Below, in pieces: positions 59,101 through 64,000 of a stretch of 64,000 bases of DNA. The stretch spans positions 4,311,777 through 4,375,776 of the forward strand of contig BDGG01000004.1 in assembly GCA_001949185.1 (NCBI GenBank), read 5' to 3'. A program made the translations under genes and the position numbers. The notes below the pieces were generated by a model. The model was given only the letters and a program-made list of their open reading frames with translations. It was not told the DNA's origin and ran no database searches. Position 1 is the stretch's first letter. Every line of letters starts with the position of its first letter. Source of the stretch: Ramazzottius varieornatus (lineage: Eukaryota > Animalia > Tardigrada).

Positions 59101-62100
59101 GGTGCTCTATTAAAAAAGTGCTGCTGCGTGCAGATTCTCTCGGTCGGCCACGAGCTTGGCCAAAGATAGGGTTTGGTGGTTAACTCGGGTGGTACTACCA
59201 TGCATAATGCACGTCTTTGCGTGACTTACTATAATTTCCCACTCTTCCTTGTCAGCACACAACACAGCGACCCATTCATTCAACCAACTCCCGGCTCCTC
59301 CGTGCTCCGAATCAATCAATCCGAATCAGCTATATAGGGAAAAACAATATTGTGACACTTGATACCACAAGCAACAGCTGGTGGCATACTCAGCCGAAAA
59401 CTCTGGCTTTCACAGACGTGGGTACGTCAGAGTACTCCGGTGTACTGGAAAACAGATTACGAAAATTATATCACCGGTTAGACTGTTCCAAATCCTCTGC
59501 ACTTCTATCGACGGCTCTGATTTCTGCTGTGAAAGACCGCCTTATCCACCTTCGCACCTGTACTTATCGTCAAAAATGTTACAAAATCACCGGCAGGCAA
59601 CAGCAGTAAAGTTTATCTTGTGTGCAATACTGATAAAATTTCCAAGTCCCAGAAGCTATTTTTCGACGAGCGCAACACTCATCTCTCTCGAAGAGTAGTG
59701 TACTGCCTTGATAAACTCGCGCACTTCTAGCACGTTCCTAAAGAGACGTGGAATCTTCTCCGATTTTAGGGAGCCCTCTCGTCACGACCGACAGGAAGGA
59801 CAATCCACGCGCAAAGCTCGTGAGACACTCAAAGAAAGAAAACAGACAAATTATTTTACGAGTAGTCTCTAGAGAGTCGATTGTGATACATAGCTCGGCG
59901 TCAGTGGGAGCAGCTTTGTTTTTTCCGGAAGTTAGAAGCTTGTTCATCGTCTGATTTACATCCGATTCTTGAACTCATCAAGTTATTGTTATAGCCATGT
60001 ATGCATGCTGCCTCGTTTCGGACGTTCCGGTTGGCGGGTTCGCCGCTGCCTAGTTTACAATGGAAAAACGACATCGAGCCTTACACCCACACGACGTGAC
60101 TGCATGAATATCAAACTCAATTAAAACTTCCGGTTCAGTCAAACACCGGCACTCCGGTCCGGCAGACGGGAGGGAAACAGATATCTGTTTACACAGTGGT
60201 GCCGATGGTGCAGTTGCATAGCTTTCCAACACGAACACACCGGCTACCTCCTTCTTGCTGGGTCATCGCAGTCCCTCGTTCTCGCAGCTAATAAAACAGT
60301 CTGCCATAATTAGAAAGATGTCTAAAAGCACTTGCCAACCTGCTAGTATTTCGGCAGAGTTTACATAGCCTGGTTTACTACCGCGAACCTAGAAGCCAAA
60401 CTCTAAAATTGTCAGCCCGCCATCCCATTCCGTATATTTCATCGGTTTTTGCATTACTCAAACCCACTTCGCTAAGTTCGCTTCTTGATACTTCGCATAT
60501 GACGCATAGAACAAAAATGCCGGTTCTTCTGAAATTACACTTCTGATGGTCTTTGAAACCGTAATAAAATTCAGATTCGCCACTTACGCCGGTGATAGCT
60601 GACTCCGCAATATGCGCGTGAGAACAGTAAATGGATACAATGTTCAAAGTCCACACAAATACCAAACACAGATACAATATCAATATAGATGATATATTGG
60701 CACATGTTTCCTTTAAAACCAATAATCTTTCAGTGCGCCGAAAATCTTAATTTCGCAAAAGGCTCGAAGTACTCGTAGATCGTTCTCGACCAGGAAAAAA
60801 CTGGGTGATTCGCGATACGTTAATCACTCAAAAAGTAGAAGGTTGTTGTTCGAATACCTTTAGTTTAATCTACTGACCAGTCATGGATATGCCCAGATCA
60901 ACGCACAAAACATGACAGGTTCTACACTCAATTTGTCACCCACTGCGTACCGTAGAATGCGTAGAAACAATCTTGGCACTTGTTTGCATTTTACGACAAC
61001 GAAGCTTCTTGCGCTTACATGTTTGGCTTCATGTACAGCGGTACACGAGAAGGTTTTTTACGGATGTTTCTTAACAGCTAGCCTGTTGTTGTCATACAAA
61101 AATCTGAGTGGGCAGTGAATAATCAAGGCTTTTACAACATGTTGTCATCCCGCGGGCGTTAGCGACATACAGAATGCATATCTCAAGCATACTTCGGTCA
61201 ACACTGGTATGACCGCCTACGGAAGAGAAAAGTAAGTCGCACACGCCACCAGCTAATCGCTAAATGGAAATGATTCGTTAATTTAGGCCGATAGATTCTT
61301 GTCTGCATTATGATAGTTGTTGCTTGAGCCGATAACCGCACCACATAAACTAATTTAGCATCTCACTGTGATCGACACACCCGGAAGTGCAGCGCCACCT
61401 GCGCACATCGAATTAGTGAAACCAACGTATGGGTTCCCCGACAAAAGACCCTACTTTTACGTAATCCCCCCTCTTGCTCTTCTCTTCCCTAGCTTCTTTG
61501 ATACAACGATTATGCGTCCCGTCATATCACCGGAATTGTGAAGAAACCCAAGGAAGTACCTGACCAAAATTGCACAGTTCCCCATCCGAGTTTCAACAGA
61601 GATCGGAACCATCGTCGAATCTTAGCCATTGTCCCATTTCCGCAGGGGGTAATCGGAGTTAAGTCTGGGGTACCTAGTTGAGATTTGTATTTGCGACGAG
61701 CTTATTTGGGTCACACCAAACGGGGAGGCAGGTTTCGTTACCCTAGCGAAGAGATTTATCTCATCCGACCAGCCGTTTCTCCAGTTTAGACAACCCACTC
61801 GAAGCACTTTACACCGGTACGCCTTGGTAACTTAGCAGGTGTCACAGGTTAGAAAGAGAGCATGGTGCTCAACTTACCCCTCGTCATCGCTCTCGCGAAA
61901 TACATCCGCGGCAAACATGTCCTCGATGGATGAAACGGGAGAGCTGACCGCCGAGTCGTCTCCGGTGGTGTTTGGGGCCAGATGACGGCAGTGCAGAATC
62001 AGCGACATGGCGCTATACTTTCCCGAGACCGGTGGAGAGGACGAAATGGTGATGGATGGGATGGCAAACTTCTTGACGAATTTGCGCCGGCGGCGACGGA

Positions 62101-62301
62101 AGAGTTGCGAGACCAGACTTCGCACCGCGCGGAGTCGCTTGAAGCTACCTACGAAACATAAATAGACCCTCGAATGTGACTGGGACTTTGATACAAATAT
62201 TTATGACAAACACTGGTCGGTGTTATCTGTTGGCAGTTACTGTGGCGTGTTTTCTCAGCATCGATCTCGATCTTACCGGTTGAGCGGGGCAGCGATGACA
62301 T
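53120..62301 (-). CDS. CRACD/KIAA1211 (DUF4592)-family large disordered protein
   Basis: Exons join in frame: MSSLPRSTG (ATG 62301) | SFKRLR...QLFRRRRRK...DDEG | exon 57587-57788 with SVSHDSIF | LSHEAAKHRIAIKPKNRR | ~55536-56034 | 53120-55264 ending PSWVALAHEKRKR. These motifs are typical of the family. Confidence 0.8.
55311..55427. repeat. Palindromic hairpin family, copy 6 (last intron of the CRACD-like gene)
   Basis: gagctcgacaaacaaactcaacaagactgtttttcccaatggcgcac...cagccaataacactgaaaacgtgcgccacttgacaaagcaatcttgtagagtttg. Confidence 0.85.
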
Positions 62302-64000
62302 CGTACGTTAGGATGTTATTGTAACTCTGCAAATAACAGACCGGTTGGAATCACGCTATACCCATCAGAGGGTCCAGAAGAACAACTTTCAAACTGTTAG
62401 TTTAAGTGTAATGAATTCGTGCGTTCTCGATTAAATCCTCGGAAGGCCATCCAGGCGATGAAATCTTACACGCATACGCCACAGCTTACAAAACCGTTCG
62501 GTGAGTATTTCAAATGATACTATGGGCGCGTTAATTTTAAGGAATAACTTTATTTGGAGCTATGATATAAGATCTGGGCCCAATTTGCCTGAAAGACTGC
62601 AGCCAAGTTTCATCATCGTCGCGAACTCGGCTTTTCCGCGATCAATGTTTCATTCGATAATTCGATCAACCGTATAACGATAACAGGCCACTTACTGCTA
62701 TAAGTCCCTTTCCTCTACTCGAGCTGAGGAGGTCTTGTAGCGAGCACCAACGCGGATTGTCTCTGAGGCTCGAGATTAGCTTCAGCGGCTAGTCCAGGAT
62801 TTTCGAGGTTCGTTGGGCTATTCCGGAGGGTCTTGTCGGAAAACTGAGGGAACTTAACAAGGTACCACCGGCACGTTCATTACCGACACCCCAAATTGGC
62901 GAGAAGCTGTCAAGCGGTACATAAACATGCATCCAGATCTGAAACAGACATGAACCAGTACTGAGTCCGCTAACGATCTAGCAAGAGCAGATTTGACTGC
63001 GACAGACAAAGTCAGTCCTCAAAGTTAGAGTGCAAGGTTTACCAGCGAACCATACGCGCCAACTTCATTCAAGTGGAGAGGGCGAGTCTTGTCTGTGGTA
63101 CCCCGACATCTGCAAACTGGAGATCAACTACGTCGACACACAGCTGGCCTTGAATAATACCAGCTCAATTTTCACCGCTCCTGCGAGTGTACCGTGACCA
63201 AGAATATCTGATGCGCGAAAAGCACAACAGACACTCCGCGAGAAACCCTCAGCCTCACTGTCTGCAAATGCAAACAACTGCTATAAAATGTAACTGGATG
63301 CGGATAAGTCTTGCATGCTAATCAGTACGAGAACCTTTGACAACGAAAATGTTAGCAAGCCAACTTACGCACAACAGATTGATTTACCTTACCTACGCTG
63401 TGACTGTGAGAGCAACATACCTTGGCCGATTATGTTCCTTCCGGTTGTCAGTCGATTTCCCACTTTCAAGAGCACGCTCTGTGAAAGAACATCTGTGCAG
63501 GGTACCGTATTAGCATCGTCGTTTGCAAAGATACGCAGGCTATCCACAAAATACACATCTAACGTTCAGAATTACATTCAAGGTGGGTCCTTGCAATATT
63601 AAATGGTCCGCGTTGCAGAAATGAAAGCATCGATCGTTTCAAGTTTCCACTATCTTGTAAACTCTGGATGGTTTTCTACTTCTGGTAGGATCGGATCGTG
63701 ATACCGAGTTGTTTTCTCAGAAGAATCAGCAAGGTAAGTTAATTCAGATGAAGGGTAGCGTGCGCAACACTTCAGTCCAGCAGAAAATGGATGGCGGACC
63801 GACCCTCATGAAATCTTCCAGTATGCGTAACTTCCTCACTCGTTTCCCGCTATTCGTTGAACGTCGCTTTGACGAGCTAGTTTGACGCTGCTAGTTTCCT
63901 CCACTGTGACAGAATGCTCCCACAGGTAGCAGCTCCGTCGCGATGCCGGCTTGCGGATGTGTCGCGGATCGCGGATCTCCTTGTCCGCTCTCTCAGTTCT

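Overview
Eukaryotic DNA from a gene-dense invertebrate genome. Most introns are short GT-AG (about 55-300 nt); the species cannot be determined from the sequence. The first ~5.5 kb is a DNA-transposon island: a dead hAT transposase, two pogo/Tc2-type MITEs, an internally deleted pogo element and a Helentron-type end. Intron-containing genes follow in this order: an orphan multi-pass membrane protein, a divergent CDK, V-ATPase V0 subunit a, syntaxin-8, strawberry notch (SBNO), RBM26/27, a divergent ISWI remodeller, an orphan coiled-coil protein, NFXL1, PGAP2, MRM1, a candidate 3-exon 76-aa microprotein gene absent from the ORF track, ATG13 and a CRACD/KIAA1211-family gene. Main observations by eye: a probable mutually exclusive exon pair in the V-ATPase a gene; a ~115-bp palindromic family present six times, five of them in introns of five different genes; a hAT MITE inserted in reverse into a copy of itself with both 8-bp TSDs; a CDK lacking the T-loop Thr; two GC-AG introns in ISWI; and intermediate-filament-like boundary motifs in the coiled-coil orphan. 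Gene names come from recognising motifs. No searches were run and exon boundaries were read manually.
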